Positions 1-13,607 of a DNA stretch of 64,000 bases are shown piece after piece. The position numbers and the translations under genes were made by a program. The notes beneath the pieces were generated by a model that worked only from the letters and a program-made list of their open reading frames with translations, was not told the origin of the DNA and made no database searches. Location: NCBI RefSeq assembly GCF_009914755.1, contig NC_060935.1, one strand, 5' to 3'. Every line of letters begins with the position of its first letter. Within the stretch, counting starts at the first letter, position 1. Source of the stretch: the human T2T-CHM13v2.0 reference genome, Homo sapiens.

Positions 1-68
1 CTGTATCAAAGCATCTCATGTACCCCATAAATATATACACCTACTATGTTACTACAGACAAAAAAAAG
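1..68 (+). mobile_element. 3' terminus and poly(A) of an L1MA-type LINE
   Basis: CATCTCATGTACCCCATAAATATATACACCTACTATGT followed by an A-run; same tail motif as 2400-2465. Confidence 0.7.
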
Positions 69-2468
69 TGATAATTTCAACTGATTCTGGAAAAGCATTC
101 AATAAAATTCAACATCCTTTCATAATAAAATCCATAAAAAACTGGGTACAGAAGGAACATACCTCAACATATTAAAATTCTTATATGACAGACTCAGAGC
201 TAGTGTCATACTAAATGGGGAAAAATGAAAGCCTTTTCTCTAAGATCTGAAACACAACAAGGATGCCTACTTTTACCACTGTTATTCAATATAGTACTGT
301 AAGTCCTAGATAGAGCAATCAGATGAGAGAAAGAAATAAAAGGCATCCAAAATGGAAAAGAAGAAGTCGAATTATCCTTGTCTGCAGATGACATGATCTT
401 ATGTTTTGGAAAACCTAAAGGCCCCCCCCCCAAAAAAATTATTAAAACTAATAAAAAAATTCAGTAAAGTTGCAGGATACAAAATCAACACACAAAAACC
501 AGTAGCATTTATACATACCAACAATGAACAATCTGTAAAAGAAATCAAGACAGTGATTCCATTTACAATAGCTACAAATAAAATTAAATTCTTAGGAATT
601 AACTTAACCAAAGAAGTGAAAGATCTCTACAATGAAAACTATAAAACACTGATGAAAGGAACTGAAGAGGACACAAAAAATGGAAAGATATTCCATGTTC
701 ATGTATTGGTAGAATCAACATTGTTAGAAAGTTCATACTGCCCAAAGAAATCTACAGATTCAATGCAATCCCTATTAAAATACCAATGACATTTTTCACA
801 TTCTTCACAGAAATAAAACAAAATCTGAAAATGTATATGGAACTACAAAAGACTCAGAATAGCCAAAGCTATGTTCAGCAAAAATAATAAAACTGGAGGA
901 CTCACATTACCTGACTTGAATCTACACTACAGAGCTGTAGAAACCAAAACAGCATGGTACTGGCATGAAAACAGACACATAGACCAATGGAACAGGAGAG
1001 AGAACCCAGAAACAAATCCATACACCTACAGTGAACTCATTTTTGACAAAGGTGCCAAGAACATACAGTGGGGAAAAGACTCTCTTTAATAAATGGTGCT
1101 GGGAAAACTGGATATTCATAAACAGAAGAATGAAACTAGACTCCTATCTTTCACCATATACAAAAATTAAATCAAAATGGATTAAAAACTTAAATGTAAG
1201 CCCTCAAACTATGAAACTACTACAAAAAAAACATTGAGGAAACTCCAGGATGTTACTCTGGCCAAAAGTTAAAGTGATACCCGACAAGCACAGGCAATCA
1301 AAGGAAAAATGAACAAATGAGATCACATCAAGTTAGAAAGCTCCTGCACAACAAAGGAAACAATCAACAAAGTGAAAAGGCCACTCACAGAATGGGATGA
1401 AATATTTGCAAACCACCCCTCTGACAAGGAATTAATAACCAGAATATATAAGAAGCTCAAACAACTCTATAGGAAAAAAATTGATAATCCAATTTTAAAA
1501 TGAACAAAAGATCTGAATAGAGATTTCTCCAAAGAAAACATACAAATGTCAAACAGTTATACAAAAAGATGCTCACCATCATTGGTCATCAGGGAAATGC
1601 AAATTAAAACTACAATGAGATATCATCCTGAACCAGTTAAAATAGCTTTTATCCAAAAGACAAGCAATAACAAATGCTGGCTAGGAGAAAGGGAACCCTC
1701 TCGTACACTCTTAGTAGGAATGTAAACTAGATCAACCACTGTGGAGAACAGTTTAGAGCTTCCTTGAAAAAACTAAAAATTGAGCTACTATATAATTCAG
1801 CAATTTCACTGATGGGCATATACCCAAAAGGAAGAAAATCATCATATCAAAGGGATATCTGCATGCTCATGTTTGTTGCAGCACTGTTCACAACAGCTAA
1901 GATTTGGAAGCAACCTAAGTGTCCATCAGCAGACAAATGGATTACAAAACTGTGGTAGATATATATAATGGAGTACTATTCAGCTATAAAAAAAGAATGA
2001 GATCCTATCATTTGCCACATGAATGGAAATAAGGGTCATTATTTTAAGTGAAATAAGCCAGGCACAGAAAGACAAACTTCACATGTTCTTACTCATTTGT
2101 GGGAGCCAAAAATTACAACAATTGAACTTATGGAGATAGAGAGTAGAAGTGATGGTTACTAGAGGCTGGGGACGGGTCTTGGAAAGTGGGAATGGCTCAT
2201 GGGTACAAAACAATGATTAGAATAAATAAGTTTTTGGTAGCACAACAGGGTGACTAAATCAATAATAATTTAATTGTACATTTTTAAATAACTGAAAGAG
2301 TATAATTGGATTGTTTGTAATACAAAGGATAAGTGTTCGGTGGGATAGATACTCCATTTTCCATGATGTGATTATTACACATTGCATGCCTGTTTCGAAG
2401 TATCTCATGTACCCATAAATACATACATCTACTATGTACCCACAAAAATCAAAATAAAATTTAAAAAA
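69..2468 (+). mobile_element. L1MA-type LINE, degenerate ORF2 3' half plus 3' UTR
   Basis: ORF2 peptides [49 protein letters not shown]; frameshifts; A-rich tail. Confidence 0.9.
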
Positions 2469-2479
2469 TTCCTACCTTT

Positions 2480-3060
2480 CTAGACTCTGCTTCATGACAC
2501 TAGGGGAGGGACTTAGAAAACCTCATTTCTCCTTCCGAGTGGTCCCTGTTGGGCTATGCCAACAGGCTGTAAGGCTAGAGAAGGGAGAAGGAACATTGTT
2601 CTTCCTGTTTCTTTGTTGTTTCTCTAAGTGTTGCCCAGCAAACCTTAGTCATCTCAGCAGTGGCAGTTCGTTCCAGTAACAAGTGATCCAGGGTCCAGGT
2701 TTTTCACTCTCCCTTCTCACAGCCCCCTTAGAGCTATTAGTGCCAACTGAGCAGAACTCCTTCTGTAGATCTCCAGTCTCCATTCTGCATGGTCCCTAAC
2801 CCAAGCTCCTGAGGCACCAGCAAGGGCAGAATCCCCTCCTCTAAGGAGGTCAGTCCCAGCTTCATGAGGTCATGGCTTGTCTCTTCGTCCTCCCTAAAGG
2901 GAACGGTCCTAGGGATGATGGTTGCTTCCTACAGTTACTGTCTCCAGGCTACCTCCGTGTTCCTTTATGCCTTCTCATTCTTCCCATACCTGTTTAACAA
3001 ATTCCTAACATAAATCATCTGTTAAAAATTCATGTGGTTTCTGTTCTTGAGACAAGCCCT
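2480..3060 (+). mobile_element. possible ancient ERVL-class LTR remnant
   Basis: 3' end resembles LTR16/LTR33-like termini (..ATGTGGTTTCTGTTCTTGA); weak. Confidence 0.3.
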
Positions 3061-3239
3061 ATTTAGGATTCTGTTTATGAATGAAGATAGTATTCAGAAC
3101 AGCCTTAGCACAGGCTCCAGGCTCCTAACTGTTCAAGGAACTAGGGGGAAATGAAGTGGAATGGACATTTGAGAGGAGAAATAAGGCTTTGTTGATTGGC
3201 TCTCTCTTGTTATTGGGAGGATAAATGTTATAATTTTCT

Positions 3240-3420
3240 CAGCTCTTACTATGGGCTAAGTGCTTTGTATACATTATTTTATTTAATCTTACAAAGCACT
3301 TACTTTCATCATTTTACAGATTTAGCTAAAAGAGGTTAAGTAATTTGCTAAATGTCACCCAGCTAGTAAGTGGCAGAGCTGGGATCAGAACCTAAATCAG
3401 TCTTATACTAAAACTCATGC
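3240..3420 (-). mobile_element. MIR SINE
   Basis: core CATTTTACAGAT..AGAGGTTAAGTAATTTGC..AGCTAGTAAGTGGCAGAGCTGGGAT. Confidence 0.85.
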
Positions 3421-4134
3421 TCTATGAATCTGAAACCTATGAAACCCGTCTACTTAGCTTCAGCTACAGGACAACCAAAACCCATTTTTTATGTCCCCTT
3501 TGGTGCATGTGTGTTAGACTGCCCAGTTGTCAACATGCAGAGTGTAAGTTTACTCTAATGCCCTTCTCAAGTTCTGACTACCCATTTAGGACATGTAGGA
3601 ATCTCCTTCACTAAAACTAAATGTCACAACGGGAGCTGGGAATGGCGGGCATCTGGAGAGGGTAGAGTTGGTCTGATTAAAACAAGGAAGGGGGAGAGAG
3701 TGAGAAGTAGAAACAATTAGAGCCATAACAGTTGAACCAATTAGTAGAAGAAGAATTGTAACCTAATGCTCAATAAGGAAGAAATCCACTTGTTCTAAAT
3801 ATTAGCATACTCCTCCCGTTATGCAGTGTCTACTCCCAGCAAGCAGTCTAACTTGTGGAACAGTCTGAGCTTCTATTCAGATCTAATCATCATCAGAAGC
3901 TTTTCACTGTTTTACAACACATTTTACACAAATGTGGCCCTTTCTTTGACCCTTTGACACTCTAGTCTCTGTGGTTCAACCATTTCCAAGTGAGCTAGCC
4001 ATTGTCAGAGCTAAAATAAACCAGGGGCTTTTAAGTTGGAGTTCCCATGAGGCAGGCCAACCTTACTGCTTACTGTATGTGTAATGTCAAACAAGTGACT
4101 TCATCTTACTGCCCCCATCCCAAAAAAGAAATGT

Positions 4135-4345
4135 TAATAATAGCCATGATGTGTTAAGCACTATTTGTCATGCACTTTGCTAATATTTGGTGTGCACTGC
4201 CTCAATCTAATCTTCACAAAAAAAATCCTGTTATTAGCCCTCTTTTATAGATGAGGAAACTGATGCTTGCAGAAGTGAATGACCAGCCTAAGGCCCACAG
4301 CTGGTAAGTACGGAAGCAGAAAACAAATTTGTCTGACTCAAACAC
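4135..4345 (-). mobile_element. MIR SINE
   Basis: TTTTATAGATGAGGAAACTGA..CACAGCTGGTAAGT core. Confidence 0.75.
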
Positions 4346-4354
4346 CTATGCTCC

Positions 4355-5945
4355 TGGCTTCCACCCAGAAGGAAGTAACTGGTACAAAACTTGCCTTCCC
4401 ACTGCAAACAACTAGAAAGCCAGACAAAATACATGAAGAAACTATTTTCAGAGAGTGGGCTACAGGGAGCACAGGACTACAACCTGTGAAAGAAGGGAAG
4501 AAGCAAGTGAGCCCTAAGATAACCTATTATTCATCTGGAAGCAATGTCCAAGCAGCTTCATGGGGGTGGGAATCCAAGCAAAGTCTCAGGTTTTTACTGA
4601 AAAATCAGAAATAAGAATCCAGGTACAATACGAAAGATGACATTTGTAAGAAAGAATACAGAAAAGGAGGAAACTATGCAAAGAACGAGCTCCAGAAATA
4701 TACGTAAGATTCCCGTCAAATCTTTGGCTAAATAGTAATCTGTGCATGTGCAGGGTGAAACTCCACAAGGCAAAACAAAAATTGACTCAATTCCAAGAAG
4801 ATATAAACTGAACAATTCCGAAAGCCTAGAAGATATTCCAGTACTTGTCGCTCAGGATGGCGAGACCTTGTTGAACATGGAGAGGATTGAGGAAAAACAT
4901 CAGAAAAGTCACATCTTGGTAGTATGGCTAAACTATCCTCAAAAATAAAGCCTCAAAGGCATTAAGCCAATCCGTAAATAACTTAACAGCCTGCCTAAAA
5001 AAAACCTAAAGATTTTTCAGGAAAGACCACAAAATGCAACATTCAACAATATAACATTCATAATGTCCAATATCCAATAAAAATCATTAGACTTGTGAAG
5101 CAGCAACAATTAAGGAGGAAAAGATGAGCCAATAGAAACAGACTTAGAAATGACAAAGATAAGAAAATTTGCAGAGAAGGATTTGAAACAGCTGCTATAT
5201 AATTACATGATTTAAATTGAGATTTAAAGCAAGGATTGGCAAATTTTTCCTATAAAGAGCCAGATAGTAAATATTTCAAGCTTTGTAGGTCCCATACAGG
5301 CTCTGTTGCATATTTTTATTTTTTATAATCCCATATAATGTAAAAACCATTCTTATCTCACAGGGCATCCAAAAACAGGCCATCAGCTAGATTTGTCTCA
5401 CAGACTGTAGTTCACTAACCCTTGATTTAAAAAAAAAATCATAACATATAGAAAGAAATGACAGATGTAAAAACAAAAGAATCAAGTGGCTCTTCTAGAA
5501 ATAAAAGCTACATTAGCAAAGTTAATAAATTTACTGGATTACAGCATATTAAAAGATCAGTAAGCTTGAAAACAGCAATAAAAACTATCCAAAGCAATGC
5601 ATGACACAGAAAAAAAACTGAAATAAATTGAATGAATCTTGGTGACCTGTGAAACAACTTCTAGCAAGCTAGTAAATGTGTAATTTGAGTTGTAGAAGGG
5701 GAGAAGAACAGAAATTGTATTTGAAAAAATAGTGGCTAAAATTTTTCCAAATTTGATTTTTAAGAAACGCCAGTTCACACCATAATCAAATGCCAAAAAC
5801 CAATGATAAATAGAAAAGTTTAGAAGCATATACAGAAATAAAATGCATTACATTATCTAAACGGGGAAAACATAACTTGTCTGGACTTCTTATCAGAAAT
5901 ATTGCAAGTCAGAAGACAATGGAATTTCAAAGTACTAAATTAAAA
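4355..5945 (+). mobile_element. old L1M 5'/ORF1 remnant
   Basis: A-rich strand bias; ORF1-like motifs TTTGAAAAAATAGTGGCTAAAATTTTTCCAAATTTG and GACTTCTTATCAGAAA. Confidence 0.55.
5230..5424 (-). mobile_element. MER58-family hAT-Charlie MITE
   Basis: TIR-like CAAGGATTGGCAAA..AACCCTTG; GCCAGATAGTAAATATTT; 8-bp TSD ATTTAAAG/ATTTAAAA. Confidence 0.85.
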
Positions 5946-6070
5946 GTCTTTCTTTACCTCTCTGCTAATCTGCCTCTCAATGAGTGTAGTAATAATTCTT
6001 AATACACATAATTTCTATAAGGACTGAATAAAATAATACCTCTTACTTTAAAAACTCTGAATATGAAATT

Positions 6071-6205
6071 TGTTATACTATTATTGTTAGTATTAACAAT
6101 AATACTGTTAGTAATAATATTGTTACTGACAATAGTATCGTTAGTAATAATATTGTTACTAACAATAGTATTGTTAGTATACTGTTATTGTTAGTATTAC
6201 TGTTC
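6071..6205. repeat. AT-rich palindromic minisatellite (~33-bp unit)
   Basis: GTTAGTAATAATATTGTTACTRACAATAGTAT at 6107 and 6140; internal hairpins. Confidence 0.8.
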
Positions 6206-6535
6206 CTATTCTTATCTATTATTATTTCTATTATTCTATTTAAACATGAAGTAATCACACTTTCATATCTATACTACAAAATCCCAGACTTCTAGTATGG
6301 TAATCTGCCCTAAAGGATCTTTCAGGTTCATCTCCCTCTTCTCCCACATACATTTGCCTATTGGATTACTCCCTGTTCTCTGGTCCACTGTTTTATCACT
6401 TCTACGCCTTTGCACATACTTTAGCTAACCATTTTCAAGGCCTAGCTCAATGCACACGTCTGTTAGAATCTTTCATTGTCATCTTTCCAGAAGCAATTTC
6501 TTCCTCTTCTATGTTTCCCATATAAACATTTATAC

Positions 6536-6662
6536 CAGTATTTCTCAAACTTTCACATGCATAAGAATCATCTGGAGGGACGCCTGAGAGCTGGATTGTC
6601 ATGAGCTCCTAAATGCTGTCAATGCTGCTGGTCTGAGCAGACCCCACTTTTGAGTAACAAGG
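6536..6662. mobile_element. MER5A DNA transposon fragment
   Basis: CAGTATTTCTCAAACTTT..GCATAAGAATCATCTGGAG..GCTGCTGGTC..CACTTTTGAGTA. Confidence 0.75.
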
Positions 6663-8399
6663 TTTTATGCCTTTTCTTATGATTATATTTCTATTGTCTC
6701 GCCTTCTAGAATAACTCTTTAAAGAAGAGAACTGACTTACTTTTGCTTTCGTAATTATCATGGCACCTAGTAAGGGACTATGCAGCTAATTAATAATAAA
6801 TAGATGATAGATAGAGAAATAGATATCATCTTAGCCAAACTCCTGGTTCCTAGTCAAACCAAACCTCACCTCTTGACACTTATTAATCCGTATCCAGTTT
6901 TTAAGTGTTGAGGGAAGGTGAAAAACCTAAGGTCTCTATGAAGCCATTTACCAATGTATAGCCCACTACACCATGATAGCTATCTGAAATTATGAGAAAT
7001 TCACTGAGAATGATACTGTTGATAAAATTTTCACTCATCTTGCTGAATTTAAAATGTGAATTTGCTGAAACTTATTCTTGACACAAACACCATAAGTACC
7101 TTCTGTTTCTTGGGTAAAAAGGAGCACATGTGTGATATGCTGTATTCTGAGTAGGAAGATTGTTATAACTGAAAACAGAAAAGCATTTCTTCCAAACTCT
7201 TATAAACTTAATGGAGTCTCTGCATTTCAAAAGCTTCAGAGACTTTTTCTTCCATTCCCTACCCACAAACTCCATGCTCTGCAGGCTCCTGGATAGTGCT
7301 GCCTAACTATACACTGTATCCTGTCATGTGACTGACAGGGCCAGCTAGCAGCACCTCAACATTGTTTTGTACTGCAAGACTCAACATGTGTTTCCCCTTT
7401 GCAGAAATTACATCATGTCTCAGGAAGTCTCCTCTCTCCAACAGAACCAGCGGATATTCTCAGCCAAGGCTTTGCAAGTAAGAAAAGAAGATAAATGGAT
7501 CCTGGTGCCGTTGTTTAAAGTGTGCATGCTTGCTACAGAGTCTTCATTTCATAGTCCAACCTCAACCAATTCACCTATGCATTACGTTCCCACTGCCTCG
7601 CTTCTCACTGAAACGAACAAGACATGGGTGAGGAGGAAAGTTTGCACTTGTTGTCTGTGCACTTCTTACATAAAGTACAATTGTTTTCTATCCTTGGCCT
7701 TTGACCAAAAGTGAGCCAGCTAATAGTTTAACTTCCACTCAAACAAACATTTTAACCTGTAATCAGAAGAGTTGAAAATAGCAAATTTCTGGGGATTCCA
7801 TTTCTTTCATGATACCTTCTCCACTTTCTCAGAAGAAAACTAACAAAACATGCTTGCCTTAGTTTGAAAAAAATTGAGACTGCTGTCTTTACTCTTCACC
7901 CAAAAGATACGTTCCTTTGTTCCTCAATCTGAAATGCATTTCCCATATCTGCATATTACATTAAAATCTTCCTTTCTAATCTCTTTTTAAAGGACTAGCT
8001 TTGTGTTCAACTCTTACTAAGCCCTATATATCCCCATCATGGTTATTTGTCACAGGTTGCAAGCAACCAGATGCCGGAGACAGAGACAACATGATTCTCT
8101 TTTGTCAACGCTCAGCAGAGCACTATAGATAATTTACAGCTTTTTTGAATATGATGATAATCCTAATGCGCCCTTACATTTTAATAACACCTACGAGTTT
8201 TTTAATGATTTTCTGCCTGTGATATTACCATCATCATTCTTTATTTTAGAAATATTTGTTGAGTATTTGCTCATGAAAGGCACCATGGAAGGCATTCATA
8301 GGGATTATGATGAGTCTCTGCCCTCATTTAAGTTATATTCAGTGAATGTTTATTGAGCTTCTCTGAGGTGATATTTTTTTAAAGGGTTATAAATTTCTT

Positions 8400-8683
8400 G
8401 GTCGGGTGTGGTGGCTCACACCTGTAATCCCAGCACTTTGAGAGGTAGAGGTGGGTGGATCGTTTAAGGTAAAGAGTTTAAGACCAGCCTGACCAACATG
8501 GTGAAACCCCATCTACTAAAAACACAAAAAATTAGCTGGATGTGATGCTGCACGCCTGTGGTCTCAGCTACTCAGGAGGCTGAGGCAGGAGAATTGCTTC
8601 CATTCGGGAGGTAGAGGTTGCAGTGAGCCGAGGTCGCACCAGTGCAGCCTGGGCAACAGAGCGAGATTTCATCTAAAAAAAAA
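8400..8683 (+). mobile_element. Alu (old S/J)
   Basis: dimeric Alu with poly(A); degenerate TSD GTTATAAATTTCT/GTTATAGATTTCT. Confidence 0.95.
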
Positions 8684-9384
8684 ATGTTATAGATTTCTCC
8701 ATTATGTACATCAGAAATGTGAGGTCCAGAAATATTTAATGATTTTCCCAAGTCCACTTAGTTAGCTCTGGTACAAAGGATGTAGCAAACCACAGGTTTT
8801 GTGACAGAGATTGATTCGAGCCCAGATGGCCAGAAGTTGCCTGCATCATTGACAATTAGTTTCCAAACTAAGATAACAAATAAATTATAAGGCCTTGGCA
8901 TACTGGAAGAAACATCAGACTAGCAATCAGGATATTTGGATTTGGATTCCATAAATATAATAAATTTAAATAATAAATTTCCTAATGCATTGAATAAGGA
9001 TAGTAGTTTTAAAACAGTATTACTCAGAGTCCTAGGGTTCTAAGGAAATGACTTAGGAGTCTTTGAGTGGAGTAATGGGAGGATGAGTTGGCTCCAAGCA
9101 ATCTGCTCCAGATTTAATCAGAGCTTTGATCTGTTTTATATATTGATGTTCTGCATGTAATCTTAATCTTAAAAAGAAATTATTTTTTTAAAAAAACAAT
9201 AAAAACAAAAATAACTTAGAAACCAATTAACTGAGTGACCTTTAAAACCTTTTTCAATTCTGATCATCTATAACTTGGTAAACTTTTCAACATTATCAGC
9301 CAAGAGTCTGTTTCTTCTTCATTTGGGATGGTTAACAAGGGGCTTAATTCCCAACAGACCCATTGATACGGTAGACTGTAGAGT

Positions 9385-9548
9385 TTTGCTGCTCAAAATA
9401 TGGTCCATGTATCAGCAGCATCAGCATCACCTGGAAGTTTATTAGAAATACAGAATCTCAGGCCCCACCCAGATCTCCTAAATTAGAATTTGAATTTTAC
9501 CAGGGTTTCCAGGTAATTTGATGAACAATAAAGTTTGAGAGGCATTAT
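9385..9548. mobile_element. MER5A DNA transposon
   Basis: CAGCAGCATCAGCATCACCTGG..TTAGAAATACAGAATCTCAGGCCCCACCCAGA..AAAGTTTGAGA. Confidence 0.85.
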
Positions 9549-10534
9549 CTACAAGATTTTGGAATCTTTCTTGGTTGACTTGTATCATTGGTTCCCGTCA
9601 CGTTCTCCTCACCATGGTTTATACCAGGAAGATTAGGATAGCTGACATTTGTGCTCTGTCCTTCCTCTCTATGGCCCCAAGGGAAAAGGTAGAGTCAGTA
9701 TTTGCCATTTTTGCCCATGTCTTAACTAACAACTTAACAGTCACCATCTACCAATGTATCGTTATAAATGTCCCTATAGTACCCATGACCATTTGGGATG
9801 TCAGGGATATTGAAAACAGCTCTTCCCTAGTAAATCTGAGACCCCTTTGATGAGATCATCTTTTTAACCCAGTCCAATTCTGAGACTCACTAATTTTATA
9901 ATACAGACATTCATAACAAAAAAACTCTCAGATCCTTTACAAATTGCCCCAGGCTTGTCCATGTGTTATTAAAGTTGGGCTGAGTAATAAATGCTATAAA
10001 TGTCTTAGGAGACAGCACTCATGCCCAGTGAGCATGACATCCCATAATAGACCTATTTGGCTTGTTACCCTGGCGCCTTTCTCCACCCTGATCTCTGGAA
10101 ACCAGAGAAAGGCAAACATTAGAATGTCAATCCAAAGCTGTAGACATGGGTATAAGATGCTTTGCTTGGAGAGTTTTCATAAGATCATATTTCTGGCCAG
10201 ATTCATATTACTTCAGAGTTGTAGTCAGAGGCGATTTTTTCATTAGCATTTCTTTTCCCAGAAGGAAAACATTATCTCCCAAATAAAATTCAAGTGAACT
10301 AAATCGCTTCCAACCTCAGCATCATTTCAGGCTTGGTGTCACTTGTAGATTCAAGACTGAGTCCTATTTAATCTACTCAGGTTCCATTCCTAATAGGAAA
10401 AATGCCAAGAAACAAAGAAAAGATGCATCCCATTTTCAGAGGCAATCACCGTCTACACTTTAGACTGATCATAAAGCAGTTCAATTTATCAACGTCTTAC
10501 AGAGTCAGCTCTCCCTGGCATAGTCAAATCTGAC

Positions 10535-10730
10535 TGCATTCATTCTTTCACCAAGCATTTACTGAGTGTCTACTATATGCCAGGTACTGGGCTGGCCACT
10601 AGAGAAACAAAGATAGTATTTTAAATCAAGAAACTCATAGTTTACCTGCAAAGACAGAAATATAAATTACTATTAAATCATATAATCAATATCTTACTGA
10701 TGGTTTGAACAAGATAATATGGGAATACAG
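10535..10730 (-). mobile_element. L2 3' fragment
   Basis: CATTCATTC..CATTTACTGAGTGTCTACTATATGCCAGG. Confidence 0.7.
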
Positions 10731-10942
10731 ACTGGTAAGCAATGAGGAGCCACAAATGGGTAAGACTGTGTCCTTGCTTTTGAGGTTATAATCTAGATGG
10801 GAAATCAAGAAAAATGCACCCTAACTCTGTTAGGCCATTTATGGTAAGTGCCAAATGTATGATTACCCAAAGCACAGCCAGGGCTGAATGTTGATGGTGA
10901 ATTAGTCATAGTACCTACATAGTGATTAAGTGCTGTCAGGTG

Positions 10943-11302
<360 letters not shown>

Positions 11303-11508
11303 TTAGCAGACTAAAAAATGAGAACAATTCCTATTGCAGAAAGAAATGAGAAAGGGAATGTCTGAGAAGGGAAACTAGCATGAACAAAGGCACCCAGATA
11401 GGAAAGCACCCCATCTCCCCACTCTGGAGCAAAAACAAAGTTCTCAGTCTGCTTGGAACAGAGGTTTCACGTATAGAGTGTGTTCAATGATAAATTTGAA
11501 AGGCATAC

Positions 11509-11859
11509 TGTATTAGCCTGTTCTCACGCTGCTAATAAAGACATACCCAAGACTGGGTAATTTATAAAGGAAATACATTTAATGGACCTACAGTTCTGCA
11601 CGGCTGGGGAGGCCTCAAAATCATGGCAGAAGATGAAGGAAAACAGACTGCTTACATGGCAGCAGGCAAGAGAGCTTGTGCAGAGGAACTCCCATTTATA
11701 AAACTATCAGATCCCATGAGACTTATTCACTACCAGGAGAACAGTATGGGGGAAACCACCCCCATGATTCAATTATCTCCATCTATCCCCACCCTTGACA
11801 CCTGGGGATTATTACAATTCAAGGTGAGATTTGGGTGGGGACACAGCCAAACCATATCA
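11509..11859 (-). mobile_element. THE1 solo LTR (MaLR)
   Basis: TGTATTAG..CAGCCAAACCATATCA termini; perfect 5-bp TSD CATAC. Confidence 0.95.
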
Positions 11860-11921
11860 CATACTGAGGCCAAAGTAAGTATGGGATCTTGAATAGCATA
11901 TATAGAAATGTGGATTTTATT

Positions 11922-12580
11922 TTTTTTTGAGAGTTCCTTTTTTTGTTGTTCTCAATCTTCTTTATTGTGGTAAAATATACACACATAAGATTTACCATTT
12001 TTGCCATTTTTTTAAATCTTACTTTAAGTTCTGGGATGCATGTGCAGAATGTGCAGGTTTGTTACATATGTGTACATGTGCCATGGTGGTTTGCTGCACC
12101 TATCAACCCGTCATCTAGGTTTTAAGCCCCACATGCATTAGGTATTAGTCCTAATGCTCCCCCTCCCCTTGTCCCCCACCCCCCGACAGGCCCAGGTATG
12201 TGATGTTCCCCTCCCTGTGTCCATGTGTTCTCACTGTTCAGCTCCCACTTATGAGTGAGAATATGCCATGTTTGGCTTTCTGTTCCTGTGTTAGTTTGCT
12301 GAGAATGATGGCTTCCCGCTTCATCCATACCCCTGCAAAGGACATGAACTCAGTCTTTTTTATGGCTGCATAGTATTCCATGGTATATATATGTCACATT
12401 TTCTTTATCCAGTCTATCATTGATGGGCATTTTGGTTGGTTCCAAGTCTTTGCTATTGTAAATAGTGCTGCAATAAACACACGTGAGCATGTGTCTTTAT
12501 AGTAGAATGATTTGTAATCCTTTGGGTTTATACTCAGTAATAGGATTGCCGGGTCAAATGGCATTTCTGGTTCTAGATCC
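11922..12580 (-). mobile_element. 5'-truncated L1PA (PA7/8-like) 3' end with probable 3'-transduced segment
   Basis: L1PA 3' UTR 12013-12580; TSD GATTTTATT at 11913-11921 and 12581-12589. Confidence 0.85.
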
Positions 12581-13304
12581 GATTTTATTCTGTAACCAAT
12601 AAAGAGTTCACAGGTAAATGAAAGGAAATCAGTGAGAAATTAAATTTGTGGTAGTTTGTAGGATAAATTAGAGTAGGAAGTTACTGGTGAAAGGGGGATA
12701 TTTGGAGGTAATTTTTATGAATAGAATGCTATGCCTACCTTTAATAATCATTAGTAAGCAGCCCTTATATTGGAGAGGGAATCCAAGGTAAATGCATCAT
12801 TATTTCTGAGGAGTGTTCCTTGTATAAAATGTAGTTGAGGATCCTGGATTTGAACTTAAATCCTCATCTCTAGATCATTTCCTTCATTTAAGTTGGTCAA
12901 ACCCAATGAACCAGCACTGTAGTAGGCACTAAGAAGATATCATCTAGAATTTCAGAACTAAGGGAATATTAGAACTGTAGGGAGCTTAAAAGTTATTTTG
13001 TATAATGACTTCATTTTGTGGGTGACAGAGCCCCCAAATGACAATAGTCAGAACCTAGAGTTAAAATGCCAGTATCTAAGTCCAAATCCAATGTCCTTTC
13101 CACTACATCAAATTCATCGTCCAGTATCAGGCACTATGCCTCCGCTCAAAGAGTTTGCACATAGAGAAACATGCAAACACTGTTTTTTATGCAAGGAAGG
13201 TATAAAAGCACGTGCTCATCCCACTGTAAGGAAAATGGGGTAATATTTCTTAAAGACTGGTAGAAAAACAAGCTTCCCATGCATTAAGATAGTAAAGTTT
13301 TCTT

Positions 13305-13607
13305 CCTGTAATCTCAGCACTTTGGGAGGCCAAGGCAGAAGAATTGCTTGAGGCTAGAAGTTCAAGCCCAGCCTGGACAATATGGCAAAACTTTGTCTCC
13401 ACAAAAATTTAAATTTAAATTTAAATTTAAATATTAGCCAGTCATGGTGGCATATACCTGTAGTCCTAGTTACTCTAGAGGCTGGAATGGGAGGATTGTT
13501 TGAGCCCAGGGATTGAGCTTATAGTGAGCTACAATTGCCCCACTGCACTGTAGCCTGGGCAACAGAGCAAGATCCTGTCTCAAAACAATAGCAATGAAAA
13601 AAAAAAA
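13305..13607 (+). mobile_element. AluJ
   Basis: diverged Alu dimer; middle A-rich linker expanded to (TTTAAA)n. Confidence 0.9.

Noticed and set aside
206-1958. ORFs of 60-127 aa as genes
   Set aside because: Frameshifted fragments of L1 ORF2 or their antisense
6073-6258. Hydrophobic ORF (TILLL repeats) as a membrane peptide
   Set aside because: Translation of the AT-rich minisatellite
7100-7168. Minus-strand 69-nt exon candidate
   Set aside because: Good acceptor but weak donor (GTACTT), no recognisable peptide and no partner exon
9575-10246. Two ~90-100 aa ORFs in unique DNA
   Set aside because: TTG starts, no recognisable domain, no convincing splice context
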